Assembly: GCA_902573725.1 (NCBI GenBank)
Contig: CACGLE010000001.1
Span: forward strand, 11,479-75,478
From: an uncultured SAR116 cluster alpha proteobacterium
Lineage (GTDB): Bacteria; Pseudomonadota; Alphaproteobacteria; Puniceispirillales; Puniceispirillaceae
Length of the DNA stretch: 64,000 nt
Direction: 5' to 3'
Positions 52,428 through 62,307 of the stretch are shown here, in pieces (the first letter of the stretch is position 1; every line of letters starts with the position of its first letter). The position numbers were made by a program, and so were the translations under genes. The notes below the pieces were generated by a model. That model was not told where the DNA came from and did not search any database. It saw only the letters and a program-made list of their open reading frames with translations.

Positions 52428-55400
52428 ATGCTGTTTATGAAAAAAGCCAAATTTTTCAATAAAAATGTTTTATTTGATTTAGCCAGTCTGTTGGTGTCTT
52501 TCATTGTTTTGGGTCCTGTTATTACATCAGTTAATGACTCTGTTTTTCAGAATAAAGATAACTTCCTTGAGACAATAATTAAAACTCAAATATCCGAATA
52601 TCTTCCACAATATTCAGTTGAAGTTGAAAAAATTGAATTAACTCCTTTTCTTTCCCATACACCTCTCGAGATTAAAATCCACGATTTGAAATTAAGTGGA
52701 CCTAAGGCGCATATTAACATAACTGAAAGCAGATTTAAGTTTGCTTTAAAGAGTGTTTTCTCATCAGGAATGCCACGAAGTATCAGTTTAAAGGGAGCAA
52801 AAGTAACGTTAAATAATATATCAAAAAATTCGCAAAATATATATTTAGACATTGTAGATAATAGTGAATTATTATCTGAGATCTTCGCACAAACACCAAG
52901 AATCAAACCTACATTAGGCCTGCCTCAAAAAATAGACATTAATTTGGATGAGTTGAGTGTGTTTGAACTAAAGAATCCAAAGCTTAATAAAATACTTATT
53001 AAAGACCTAAATCTAAACATATCTCAGTTAGGACAGAATAATTTAGAGGCTCTACTATCACTTAAGACTTTTGCTAAGGGAAGATTGGATGCAAGTCTAC
53101 AGGCGGATATTTCCGACCTGAGTTGGAAGGCAACTGCTAATCTGCAGTCTATAAATACGGGACCATTTCGAGATTATTTACCAAAATATTTTCAAGAAAT
53201 ACTGACAGAGTGTGTTTTTTCTGGCGAATTAAATACAGAGTTTGAGGCGTCTAAGTTAATTTCTATAGATGGACATTTTGATTCTGAAAAAGTTAAACTT
53301 AATTCGAGGTTTGAAGAACATCGCAATGTGAACCAATTTTCTGGATGGTTTGACTATGATGCATCTAAAAAAAGAGCTGAATTTACAAATCTTGTTTTGG
53401 ATTTTGCACCTGAATTTAAAATAAAGGCAGCAATTAAATTAGAAAATATTGGCGGTACAAATACGTTAATTACCGCAAATGCAGAAACAAGGGATACACC
53501 TCTGAAAAATGTATTACCTTTTCTTTCAACTAAACCACTTTTGCCAATAAATAATATTTTTTCTGATCACACATCAGGCGGTGTTTTCGATTTTGCCTCT
53601 TTTAAGATAAAGGGAATAAAAAAAGCTAACACTGATAAAATAGATTGGCAAGAACTCCATGTAGATGGACAAGTTTCTGATTTAGGAATAGCAACTACAA
53701 GCAGTCAATATAGACGATTGAAGGCTAACACAAAAAATGTTTTTTCAGTAAATTTAAATAGAGATGAACAAAAAAGTAAGTTATTTTTAAGTTCAACAAT
53801 CTCTGATGGACTTATTGAGTTAAAAGACTCAGGTAGAGTTATTGAAAACATCTCTGGAAAATTTGATTTTTCCTTTAATGGAAAAACTATTCAAAACGCT
53901 TCAATAAAATTTTTGCAGCCGCAAATTGGTGAGTTGCTTTTTACTGCTAAATTGCCTTCAACAGATGAAGCAATTACGCTGTTTGGTAAAACATCCAATA
54001 AGCAATTTAAGCAATACGTAAGTAAAACCAAAGACTCTGTCCCAGCTATACTTGCCCTGGAAACAGAGAAATTCAACGCGGATGCACTTTTACAACTCTG
54101 GCCAGAACAAATTGCAATGAGTGCACGCAAATGGCTGCTTAAGAGGGGATCTGGAGGAGAATTTAGAAATGTGAAGTTAAAGGCATTTGTTGGGTTTCCT
54201 AAAATTGGATCAAGTAGAGGATACCCTGAAACACTTGGAAAACCTTTTTTTGCTGGATTATCTGGAAATTGGGGTTGGCATAATATGAATTTTACATGGA
54301 AGGATAAAAGTCCAATAATTAGGTCTGTCGACCTTGAAGCACGTATCTTTGAGAATCGATTATCTATAGAGATTTTGAGTGCAAGTATGCCTGAACTCAA
54401 AATGAAAAATGGACAAATTGAACTCTTCCCTGTTTTTGGATATGGAAAGGCTTCAATCAAGCGTGATGTCGAAATTGAAGCTACAATTGACGGTACTATT
54501 TTTGCTTTTAGGGAGCTTTTGGATGATCCAACGGTAAATAGGTTACCAATTGAACTTAAAAAACTCACTAATCCGAGTGGTTCAATCATAACGAAAATAA
54601 CGACGAGATCAAGGCTTCAACGAGGAAAGTTAAAGTTAAATACTATATCCGCTGTAGCGAGTTTATCGTCTGCCTCTTTTGGAAATTTACCCTTAGATGA
54701 AACTCTTTCTGATGGAAATATTGAGCTTACACTTGAAGAAGATGGAAAACTTCTTTTTAACGGAATAGGAAAAATTTCGGGTGTTGAGTCTTCTTTTAAC
54801 GGGAAACAAACAGCAGATAAAAAAATGAATGTAGTAATTAAAACTACCCCTTCAAAATATTTGTCAAAGCAGATTGGAGAGTTTACAAAAATCGATATTT
54901 CTGGAAATACGGCTATGAGGTTGCATCTAGATTATGACTCGATAAGTAAAATAGGAGGAGGCAGTGCTAAAGTAGATTTAACGGATGCAGCCATCGATTT
55001 GCCAATGTTTAATTGGGCTAAAATTCCAGGTGAGAATGGAGAGGTGGACGCCTCATTTAGTTTTAAATCTAGCTCAGTCCACAAAATTGAAATTGACGAA
55101 GCCATTATTGGGACCCTGCAAGGTAGGGGCGTTTTTGAAGTTGCCTCTGATCTATCTATTTCCAATGCAATGGTCACAGATTTTAAGTCTCCAGGATATG
55201 ATATAGATAAGTTGGTAATTAATACAAATGACGATAAAACTATAGAAGTTGTAGCAGAGGGTGGTTTAATTGATACGACATTTTTGCGTCGTACAAAAGG
55301 TGTTACCGAGAATAGAGAAATCGCATTTGATTTTACATCGGCTAGATTACAACTTGCTAACGATATAACTCTACAAGGTAAATTAATAGGAAACATTAAT

Positions 55401-56201
55401 AAGCTCGGTTCAGGAACGGCTATTCTTAATGGTACCCTGTTGCTTGAACAATCGCCCTTGATTGAAGAAGCGACAATAGAGGCTTCATTTAACGAATATT
55501 TTGAAACGCTCTTAGGCACTGGTCTTATAGGCGGTGTGGAAGCAAATTTATCTTACGAAAGCCTTTCTGATGAAACGTCACAGCTATTAGTCAGAAGCCA
55601 AAATGCGGGAAGAACTTTAATCGGCCTTGATATTTTAGATACAATACGTGGTGGTAAACTTATATTAAGAAACGTTTATCGAAATAATAATTTTGATAAT
55701 TTTGAAACAGAAATTAAAGTTACCGACTTCAGCGTTGTTGAAGCACCTAAGTCTATAAGAGCATTATCGGTTCTCTCACTTACAGGCTTGTATTCTTTGA
55801 TAGAGGGAGACGGAACAAAGTTTGATGTTGGAGTAGCAAATATAGAAACTATTGGGAATCGGCGGATATTGAAAAATGTTAGGGCAAGTGGAGAAGCTGT
55901 AAAATTTGAATTAGCAGGAGAATATGACAGGGATACTGACGAGTTACAGGTTAGGGGATTGTTAGCACCTCTAAGCTTAATTTCTGACATTATCGGTGTG
56001 ATCCCGCTCGTAAGTAATATTATTACGGGCCAAGACAAAAAAGGTTTACTCGCCACTCAATTTGAAATGTCAGGCAAGTTAGCTGACCCTGTAATTACTA
56101 TTAATCCTGCTTCAGTATTAGCGCCGGGCGTTATAAGAAATATACTTTCCCCGGACTGGCTTACGCGAGAGTCAGGCATTCGGATAGATTCTCAGAAATA
56201 A
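52428..56201 (+). CDS. Large AsmA-like / YhdP-family envelope protein
   Basis: It is 1257 aa with an N-terminal TM anchor, a long predicted beta-rich repetitive body, and a conserved C-terminal segment. I made the family call by resemblance only. Confidence 0.55.
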   Translation: MLFMKKAKFFNKNVLFDLASLLVSFIVLGPVITSVNDSVFQNKDNFLETIIKTQISEYLPQYSVEVEKIELTPFLSHTPLEIKIHDLKLSGPKAHINITESRFKFALKSVFSSGMPRSISLKGAKVTLNNISKNSQNIYLDIVDNSELLSEIFAQTPRIKPTLGLPQKIDINLDELSVFELKNPKLNKILIKDLNLNISQLGQNNLEALLSLKTFAKGRLDASLQADISDLSWKATANLQSINTGPFRDYLPKYFQEILTECVFSGELNTEFEASKLISIDGHFDSEKVKLNSRFEEHRNVNQFSGWFDYDASKKRAEFTNLVLDFAPEFKIKAAIKLENIGGTNTLITANAETRDTPLKNVLPFLSTKPLLPINNIFSDHTSGGVFDFASFKIKGIKKANTDKIDWQELHVDGQVSDLGIATTSSQYRRLKANTKNVFSVNLNRDEQKSKLFLSSTISDGLIELKDSGRVIENISGKFDFSFNGKTIQNASIKFLQPQIGELLFTAKLPSTDEAITLFGKTSNKQFKQYVSKTKDSVPAILALETEKFNADALLQLWPEQIAMSARKWLLKRGSGGEFRNVKLKAFVGFPKIGSSRGYPETLGKPFFAGLSGNWGWHNMNFTWKDKSPIIRSVDLEARIFENRLSIEILSASMPELKMKNGQIELFPVFGYGKASIKRDVEIEATIDGTIFAFRELLDDPTVNRLPIELKKLTNPSGSIITKITTRSRLQRGKLKLNTISAVASLSSASFGNLPLDETLSDGNIELTLEEDGKLLFNGIGKISGVESSFNGKQTADKKMNVVIKTTPSKYLSKQIGEFTKIDISGNTAMRLHLDYDSISKIGGGSAKVDLTDAAIDLPMFNWAKIPGENGEVDASFSFKSSSVHKIEIDEAIIGTLQGRGVFEVASDLSISNAMVTDFKSPGYDIDKLVINTNDDKTIEVVAEGGLIDTTFLRRTKGVTENREIAFDFTSARLQLANDITLQGKLIGNINKLGSGTAILNGTLLLEQSPLIEEATIEASFNEYFETLLGTGLIGGVEANLSYESLSDETSQLLVRSQNAGRTLIGLDILDTIRGGKLILRNVYRNNNFDNFETEIKVTDFSVVEAPKSIRALSVLSLTGLYSLIEGDGTKFDVGVANIETIGNRRILKNVRASGEAVKFELAGEYDRDTDELQVRGLLAPLSLISDIIGVIPLVSNIITGQDKKGLLATQFEMSGKLADPVITINPASVLAPGVIRNILSPDWLTRESGIRIDSQK

Positions 56202-56217
56202 TAAGAAAATAGAACCT

Positions 56218-57495
56218 TCATTTTATCAAATTTAATATTGCATGTCTTTTTTTGCCTGCTGATAATTGTATTTTTTTCAATTCACCAAAATCATCAACAT
56301 TTAATATGATTTCCTCGTCAACAATTGGCTGATTGTTGAGTTTTGCGCCGCCACCTTTAATTAAACGTCTTACAGCGCTTTTACTATCGGCTAGCCCAAG
56401 TTGGACAAATGCATCAAACACTGAAAATGTATTCAATTGTTCAACTGAAACATTTAATTGTGGTAAACCTTCTGACATTACTTTACTTTTAAATGTGTCA
56501 GAGGCTGTTTTTGCAGCAACAGCAGCATTTTCTGCACCGTGGCATAATTTTGTCACTTCATTTGCTAATATGATTTTTGCATCATTTACATCGGTACCTC
56601 TAAGCTTGGAAAGGCGTTTAATTTCCTCCAAAGGTAGTTCTGTAAAAAGTTTTAGAAATTTCTCTACATCAGCATCTTCTGTGTTTCTCCAAAATTGCCA
56701 GAAATCAAAGCTGGACAATCTTTCCTTATTTAGCCAGATTGCACCATTGGCGGATTTACCCATTTTTGCACCGGAGGCTGTCGTAATGAGCGGAGACGTT
56801 ATTCCAAAGATCTCCTGGTTGTCTACCCTACGAGTTAAATCTATCCCAGTTACAATATTCCCCCATTGGTCAGACCCTCCCATTTGCAATTCGCATCCAT
56901 AGCGCCTTCTTAATTCCATAAAATCATATGCCTGCAAAATTGCGTAATTAAATTCTAGAAAAGATAAGTTTTGTTCTCTGTCTAACCGTGATTTAACTGA
57001 ATCCATGCTCAGCATGCGATTTATAGAAAAATGACTTCCATAGTCACGCAAAAATCGTATGTAGGATAATGGTTCAAGCCAATCTGCATTATCTATCATA
57101 ATTGCATCAGATGGATTGTCACCGAATCTTAGGTATTTTTCGAATATTTTTAGTATGCCTGCCTTGTTATTTGCAATATCTTGGTCAGATAATAAAGGTC
57201 TTGCTTCATCTTTACCGGAGGGGTCACCAATTTTTGTTGTACCACCGCCCATCAGTACAATTGGTTTATGTCCGGTATTCTGCAATTGCCGGAGCATCAT
57301 AATTTGAACAAGAGAACCTACGTGTAAACTATCTGCAGTGCAATCAAAACCGATATATGCTGTTATTGGTCTTGATTCACATCTTTTATCTAATCCTAAA
57401 AGATTAGTTGCTTGATGGATATAACCTCTATTTGTTATTAGGTTTATAAATTCAGAAAGATAGGAGTTCTGGCCCACAAGTATATCCCTAACCAA
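56218..57495 (-). CDS. tyrS: Tyrosine--tRNA ligase
   Basis: It has a HIGH-like motif (DSLHVGSL), KMGKS, and a C-terminal S4 domain. The TTG start at 57495 overlaps the upstream gene's stop. The GTG at 57477 is an alternative start. Confidence 0.9.
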   Translation of the reverse strand: MVRDILVGQNSYLSEFINLITNRGYIHQATNLLGLDKRCESRPITAYIGFDCTADSLHVGSLVQIMMLRQLQNTGHKPIVLMGGGTTKIGDPSGKDEARPLLSDQDIANNKAGILKIFEKYLRFGDNPSDAIMIDNADWLEPLSYIRFLRDYGSHFSINRMLSMDSVKSRLDREQNLSFLEFNYAILQAYDFMELRRRYGCELQMGGSDQWGNIVTGIDLTRRVDNQEIFGITSPLITTASGAKMGKSANGAIWLNKERLSSFDFWQFWRNTEDADVEKFLKLFTELPLEEIKRLSKLRGTDVNDAKIILANEVTKLCHGAENAAVAAKTASDTFKSKVMSEGLPQLNVSVEQLNTFSVFDAFVQLGLADSKSAVRRLIKGGGAKLNNQPIVDEEIILNVDDFGELKKIQLSAGKKRHAILNLIK

Positions 57496-58159
57496 TCAAT
57501 TTTCGAGTTGAGTCGTTCATCTTTGTCGTTCGTCCATCAACATATTTTGAAACTGCTTCCATTGCTTCATTTAGATGCGCACTGAAGAATTGATTTGCCT
57601 CTTCAATTATACCGACATCGATTGTTACTCCTTTTTGTTTGGATATTTTATCAACAAGTTGCAGAATTCGGTCGCTTGATACCTGTGAATTATCTCCACC
57701 TTGAACAATCAGGCCAGACACAGGGCAAGGGGCAAGGAAAGTAAAATCATGAGTGCTCGCAGGAGGTGATATAGATATAAAACCAGTTATTTCAGGACGA
57801 CGCATCATAAGTTGCATTCCTATCCAAGAACCAAAAGAAAAACCGGCTATCCAACACTGTGTTGAAGCGGGATTTTGGTTTTGTAACCAGTCCATTGCAG
57901 TTGCAGCGTCAGCAAGTTCACCCTCCCCGTTATCATACGAACCCTGACTTTTCCCAACTCCTCTAAAGTTAAACCGCAAAACAGAAAAACCACGTGCTTG
58001 AAACAATTTATATAAAGCAAAAGTCACACGATTATTCATTGTTCCTCGCTTATTGGGCTCGGGATGTAAAATTATCGCGGTTGGTGCATCAGGTTTATTT
58101 CCTGGCATATAACGGCATTCTAGTCGGCCTTCAGGCCCATTAATTATTATTTCAGGCAT
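57488..58159 (-). CDS. Alpha/beta-fold hydrolase
   Basis: It has the nucleophile elbow GFSFGS and is 223 aa. The substrate is unknown. Confidence 0.6.
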   Translation of the reverse strand: MPEIIINGPEGRLECRYMPGNKPDAPTAIILHPEPNKRGTMNNRVTFALYKLFQARGFSVLRFNFRGVGKSQGSYDNGEGELADAATAMDWLQNQNPASTQCWIAGFSFGSWIGMQLMMRRPEITGFISISPPASTHDFTFLAPCPVSGLIVQGGDNSQVSSDRILQLVDKISKQKGVTIDVGIIEEANQFFSAHLNEAMEAVSKYVDGRTTKMNDSTRKLIG

Positions 58160-58328
58160 TTAAAATCCATATAAGGTTTGAGCAATTCGCTCAAAAGTTT
58201 ATATACGAAGTGAAAATAAATACCAAGTGTGTTGATAAATTTTTGAATAATCTTAAATAACGATGTAGAAAGACAAACTTTTATGTTATGTCAGGGTAAT
58301 ATTTTATAAAATACACTAATGGATATTT

Positions 58329-59075
58329 ATGATAAATAAACTTCATAGAGATTTAAAAGCAATATTAGAGCGTGACCCAGCTGCACAGGGCATGTTCGCA
58401 GCTATGTTCCTGTATCCAAGTTTTCATGTTTTATTGTTTTATAGAATCGCACATCCATTATGGAAATGGAATTTTAAATTTTTATCACGTACTTTAATGT
58501 TATTCGCACGTTGGCTTACCGGAATAGATATTCATCCACAAGCAAAAATAGGAGCAGGTTTATTTATCGATCATGGTATGGGTGTCGTTATAGGTCAGAC
58601 CTCCACAATTGGTGAAAACGTAACACTGTATCATGGAGTTACTTTAGGTGGTGTTAATCCTGCCGAAAATTCGAGCAAGCAAAGAAACCAAAAACGTCAC
58701 CCAACAATCGGTGATAATGTTATAATTGGTGCAGGGGCGCAAATATTGGGGCCGATAACTGTTGATAAATGTGCGCGTGTGGGAGGCAATTCTGTTGTTA
58801 CAAAAGATATTGGACAGGGTATTACAGTGGTAGGGGTGCCAGCGAAGCCCATCGCAAAAAGACGAGCTGATGAGAGTTTTACTCCTTACGCAATTTCGGA
58901 TATGACAGCTACAGATCAAACAGAAAAAACATTGGAGTGGTTATCACAACAGATTTCTGAGTTGCAACAACAAATCAAGATATTACAAGAGCATCGTTCT
59001 GATGATACCATATCAAAACTTCCAGATGCCAAAATCCATAAAAAAATAGCGACTAGTAAACACGAAAATAAATAA
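58329..59075 (+). CDS. cysE: Serine O-acetyltransferase
   Basis: It has a SATase N-terminal region plus left-handed beta-helix hexapeptide repeats (GVVIGQTSTIGENVTLYHGVTLGG). There is a C-terminal coiled extension. Confidence 0.85.
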   Translation: MINKLHRDLKAILERDPAAQGMFAAMFLYPSFHVLLFYRIAHPLWKWNFKFLSRTLMLFARWLTGIDIHPQAKIGAGLFIDHGMGVVIGQTSTIGENVTLYHGVTLGGVNPAENSSKQRNQKRHPTIGDNVIIGAGAQILGPITVDKCARVGGNSVVTKDIGQGITVVGVPAKPIAKRRADESFTPYAISDMTATDQTEKTLEWLSQQISELQQQIKILQEHRSDDTISKLPDAKIHKKIATSKHENK

Positions 59076-59194
59076 CGTAAAATTTTGTCTTCCAATAAGA
59101 TGCCTGATATTATTATTGATTATTCTGTAACCTATAATGAAAGTTGATTTTTAATATATGATAAAGTTTTCAACTTAGGTGTATTTAAATAAAA

Positions 59195-60310
59195 ATGCGT
59201 CAGCCAATTTACCTTGATTATAATGCTTCAGCACCACTGAGGCCTGAAGCTGCCGAATGCATAAGTGCGTTAATGGGGCCAGCTCGCAATCCATCATCTA
59301 TTCATTCTTTTGGAAGAAATGCAAAGCAAATTGTTGAAAAAGCGCGCACTCAGCTTGCAGAGTTAACATCTGGCAACCCAAATGGGTTTATGTTTACAAG
59401 TGGTGGCACAGAGGCAAATAATACCGCGTTACTAGGATTTGAAAAAGTAATAACCTGCATTACTGAACATGATGCTGTTTTAGCTGCACGGCCTGATGCA
59501 GAAAAAATAGGTGTTGGCGCTGATGGTGAAATAAATTTAGGAGAGTTAGAAGCACAGATACAAAAAGCTAAAAATGGTGGCGGTGAAATAGTTGTATCCG
59601 TAATGCTTGTAAATAATGAGACAGGCAGGATTCAGCCAATAGAAAAATTGCTAGAAATTTGCCAAGTTTATAAAGTGGTATTTCATAGTGATATGGTGCA
59701 AGCACTTGGGAAAATACCCATTCACCTTGATAAATGGTCAGAGTCTGGTCTTTCAATGGCGAGTTTTTCTGCTCACAAAATTGGTGGTCCACCTGGAGTT
59801 GGTGCTTTATGGGTAACTGCGGGAAGGCAAGTGACACAACTAATTAAAGGCGGTGGACAAGAAAAAGGGCGACGTTCTGGAACCGAGAATATATATGGTA
59901 TTGCCGGTTTTGGAGCAGCTGCAAAATCAGTTGCTAATTGGCAAAGTCATGCAAAAAATTGGACTGAGTGGCGCTCTAATTTCGTTTCAAAATTACAGCG
60001 GGCCTATCCTGAAATTCAGGTTACTACGCGAGATGCTCAGTGCGTGAATAATACAATTAGCCTTTTGTTGCCAGCTATTCCCGCACAAATTGCCGTGATG
60101 TCCTTAGATATGGACGGTTTTGCCATTAGCTCAGGTGCTGCTTGTTCGTCTGGTAAAGTTCAAGAAAGTCATGTTATTAGAGCAATGGGTTTTGGTGTGC
60201 AAAGTAATCATGTGGTCCGAATTTCTTTTGGGTGGGAAAATACAGAGGATGATATTTCAGCGCTTGCAGATGCAATTATAGCGCTTTACAAACGCTCTAA
60301 AGAAAAATAA
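59195..60310 (+). CDS. Cysteine desulfurase, NifS/IscS-like (class V aminotransferase)
   Basis: It has a PLP-lysine context (SFSAHKIGGPPG) and a catalytic Cys loop (SSGAACSSG). It is 371 aa. Confidence 0.85.
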   Translation: MRQPIYLDYNASAPLRPEAAECISALMGPARNPSSIHSFGRNAKQIVEKARTQLAELTSGNPNGFMFTSGGTEANNTALLGFEKVITCITEHDAVLAARPDAEKIGVGADGEINLGELEAQIQKAKNGGGEIVVSVMLVNNETGRIQPIEKLLEICQVYKVVFHSDMVQALGKIPIHLDKWSESGLSMASFSAHKIGGPPGVGALWVTAGRQVTQLIKGGGQEKGRRSGTENIYGIAGFGAAAKSVANWQSHAKNWTEWRSNFVSKLQRAYPEIQVTTRDAQCVNNTISLLLPAIPAQIAVMSLDMDGFAISSGAACSSGKVQESHVIRAMGFGVQSNHVVRISFGWENTEDDISALADAIIALYKRSKEK

Positions 60311-60339
60311 ATTTTTTGAAATTTAGGATGGTTAAAAAT

Positions 60340-60654
60340 ATGCCAGTTATAACTTTTATTAAACCTGATGGTAGTGAGCATCAAATAGAGACAAGGCAAG
60401 ATGCTTCATTAATGGAGGTAGGACGGGATTCGAATATGGGAATTGAGGGGACCTGCGGTGGAAGCTTGTCTTGTGCCTCTTGTCATGTGTATTTTGACGC
60501 CGATGACTATGAGAAAGTAGGCAAACCGTCAGAAGATGAATTAGATATGTTAGACTTATCTTTCAACCTTACACCTACCTCAAGACTTGGTTGTCAGATA
60601 AGAATAAGTGACGCTTTATCTGGTTTGCGAGTACATATTCCCGATGACTTTTAA
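60340..60654 (+). CDS. fdx: 2Fe-2S ferredoxin (adrenodoxin type)
   Basis: It has C-x5-C-x2-C (CGGSLSCASCHV) plus a distal Cys (LGCQI). The ATG at 60340 follows AGGA. The ATG at 60328 is also possible. Confidence 0.85.
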   Translation: MPVITFIKPDGSEHQIETRQDASLMEVGRDSNMGIEGTCGGSLSCASCHVYFDADDYEKVGKPSEDELDMLDLSFNLTPTSRLGCQIRISDALSGLRVHIPDDF

Positions 60655-60678
60655 TAAAATCTTAGATTAGGTCTTTTT

Positions 60679-61857
60679 ATGTCTGTATATATACCCAATT
60701 CCCTGGGGATTCTGAAACCAGTTGAAAAAACTCGAGTGGTTGTAGCTATGTCGGGTGGTGTTGACAGTTCTGTGGTAGCGGCTTTGTTAAAACATGAAGG
60801 ATATGAGGTGGTCGGAATTACGCTTCAACTCTATGACCACGGTGAAGCTGTGCAAGCAAAGGGGGCTTGCTGTGCAGGGGCAGACATTCATGATGCAAGA
60901 CTGGTGGCAGCCCGTATAAATATACCTCATTACGTATTGGACTACGAAACATTATTTAAACAACAGGTAATGGATGATTTCGCGGATTCATATCTTGCAG
61001 GACATACACCAATACCATGTGTAAAATGTAATCAAACCGTTAAGTTCAAAGATTTGCTCTCAATGGCAAAAGAATTAGGAGCTGATTGTCTTGCAACTGG
61101 ACATTATGTTCAAAGAGAACTTCGTAATGGATATGCCTGTTTAAGACGGGGAATTGATACACAAAAAGACCAATCTTACTTTCTTTTTGCGACAACACCA
61201 GAACAGCTTGATTTTTTGCGATTTCCTCTAGGCTCTATGACTAAGAACGAGACACGTCAACTCGCAAACAGATTTGAGCTTAGTGTAACTTATAAACCAG
61301 ATAGTCAAGATATATGTTTTGTTCCAAATGGGCGTTATGGAGATGTAGTACGTAGATTACGACCAGGTGCAATTACTCCAGGCATTATCCGTCATTTGGA
61401 CGGCCGCATTTTAGGTAAACATCAGGGGGTGATAGATTATACAATAGGGCAGAGGCGTGGACTTGGTATTGGGGGTAGAAAAGAGGATGTTGAAGAAAAT
61501 TCACCTTTGTACGTTGTGGATATAAATCCAGAAGTACACGAGGTTATTGTGGGGCCTAAATCAGCTCTAGCATGCAGAGATGTTTATCTTGATGAAGTTA
61601 ATTGGCTATTACCGAGCATTTTGGATGATAAAAAGGGGAATGCCGAGGGAATAGAGGTGTTTGTGAAGTTAAGAAACACAGCATCTCCAAGCTCAGCAAA
61701 GTTATTTTTTAATGCTAAGCACTCTGCTCATCTTGTGTTGGAAAACCCGGAATATGGTATAGCAAAAGGACAAGCGGGAGTTATTTACGACGGAAATGAC
61801 GCTGCACTTATGTTGGGTGGAGGTTGGATAAGTTCCGCACCAAGTTCTGTTATTTAA
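60679..61857 (+). CDS. mnmA: tRNA 2-thiouridine(34) synthase MnmA
   Basis: It has the PP-loop VVAMSGGVDSSV, a CxxC motif (PCVKCN) and QDICF. It is 392 aa. Confidence 0.9.
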   Translation: MSVYIPNSLGILKPVEKTRVVVAMSGGVDSSVVAALLKHEGYEVVGITLQLYDHGEAVQAKGACCAGADIHDARLVAARINIPHYVLDYETLFKQQVMDDFADSYLAGHTPIPCVKCNQTVKFKDLLSMAKELGADCLATGHYVQRELRNGYACLRRGIDTQKDQSYFLFATTPEQLDFLRFPLGSMTKNETRQLANRFELSVTYKPDSQDICFVPNGRYGDVVRRLRPGAITPGIIRHLDGRILGKHQGVIDYTIGQRRGLGIGGRKEDVEENSPLYVVDINPEVHEVIVGPKSALACRDVYLDEVNWLLPSILDDKKGNAEGIEVFVKLRNTASPSSAKLFFNAKHSAHLVLENPEYGIAKGQAGVIYDGNDAALMLGGGWISSAPSSVI

Positions 61858-62018
61858 CCTTAAGTATTGATTTTATCGTTTTTATTGCTCTTTTTATGAA
61901 TCTGATTGGGATAAGTATAATTACCGAAACCACTGGCTTCTAGAATAAGCAACAACTTTTTGCCTTGACCCAAAGCCTTGAATGGTTTTTAAACGTTAAA
62001 AATTGAGACACTTTTTAT

Positions 62019-62095
62019 GGCGGAGTAGCTCAGCTGGTTAGAGCAGCGGAATCATAATCCGCGTGTCGGGGGTTCAAGTCCCTCCTCCGCTACCA
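62019..62095 (+). tRNA. tRNA with CAU anticodon (elongator Met; lysidine-type Ile2 not excluded)
   Basis: A hand-folded cloverleaf has acceptor GGCGGAG/CTCCGCT, D-stem GCTC/GAGC, anticodon stem GCGGA/TCCGC with loop ATCATAA, and T-arm GGGGG-TTCAAGT-CCCTC. The CCA end is encoded. Position 1-72 is paired and the anticodon stem is not GGG/CCC, so this is not an initiator. Confidence 0.9.
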
Positions 62096-62307
62096 TTTTT
62101 CCTCTGAAATTTCGCCTAAACTCACATTCTAGCTTAAAGGGAGGAATTCGAGGCTAAAATAGCTTTATCTGATATGGTTAGAAATCCTTAAAAGCGCAAG
62201 TAATGATATATTACCGAGCATCTTTTAGAAATACACTAAAATATATCATAGAGAAAAAAAATCTTTTGTTTAATATAAAAACAAAAAAATATTGAAATAC
62301 GTTTAAT

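Noticed and set aside
52586-56056. Four long antisense ORFs (106, 232, 195 and 126 aa) lie inside the AsmA/YhdP-like gene. Similar runs occur inside nrdJ (six ORFs, 33426..36362) and tyrS (56333..56902, 189 aa).
   Set aside because: All of them sit in the same relative frame, where the antisense codon spans sense position 3 plus positions 1-2 of the next codon. That points to a codon-context artefact of the sense gene. Their translations are low-complexity, rich in S, P, L and I, with no recognisable motifs. They have no start-site or ribosome-binding-site support.
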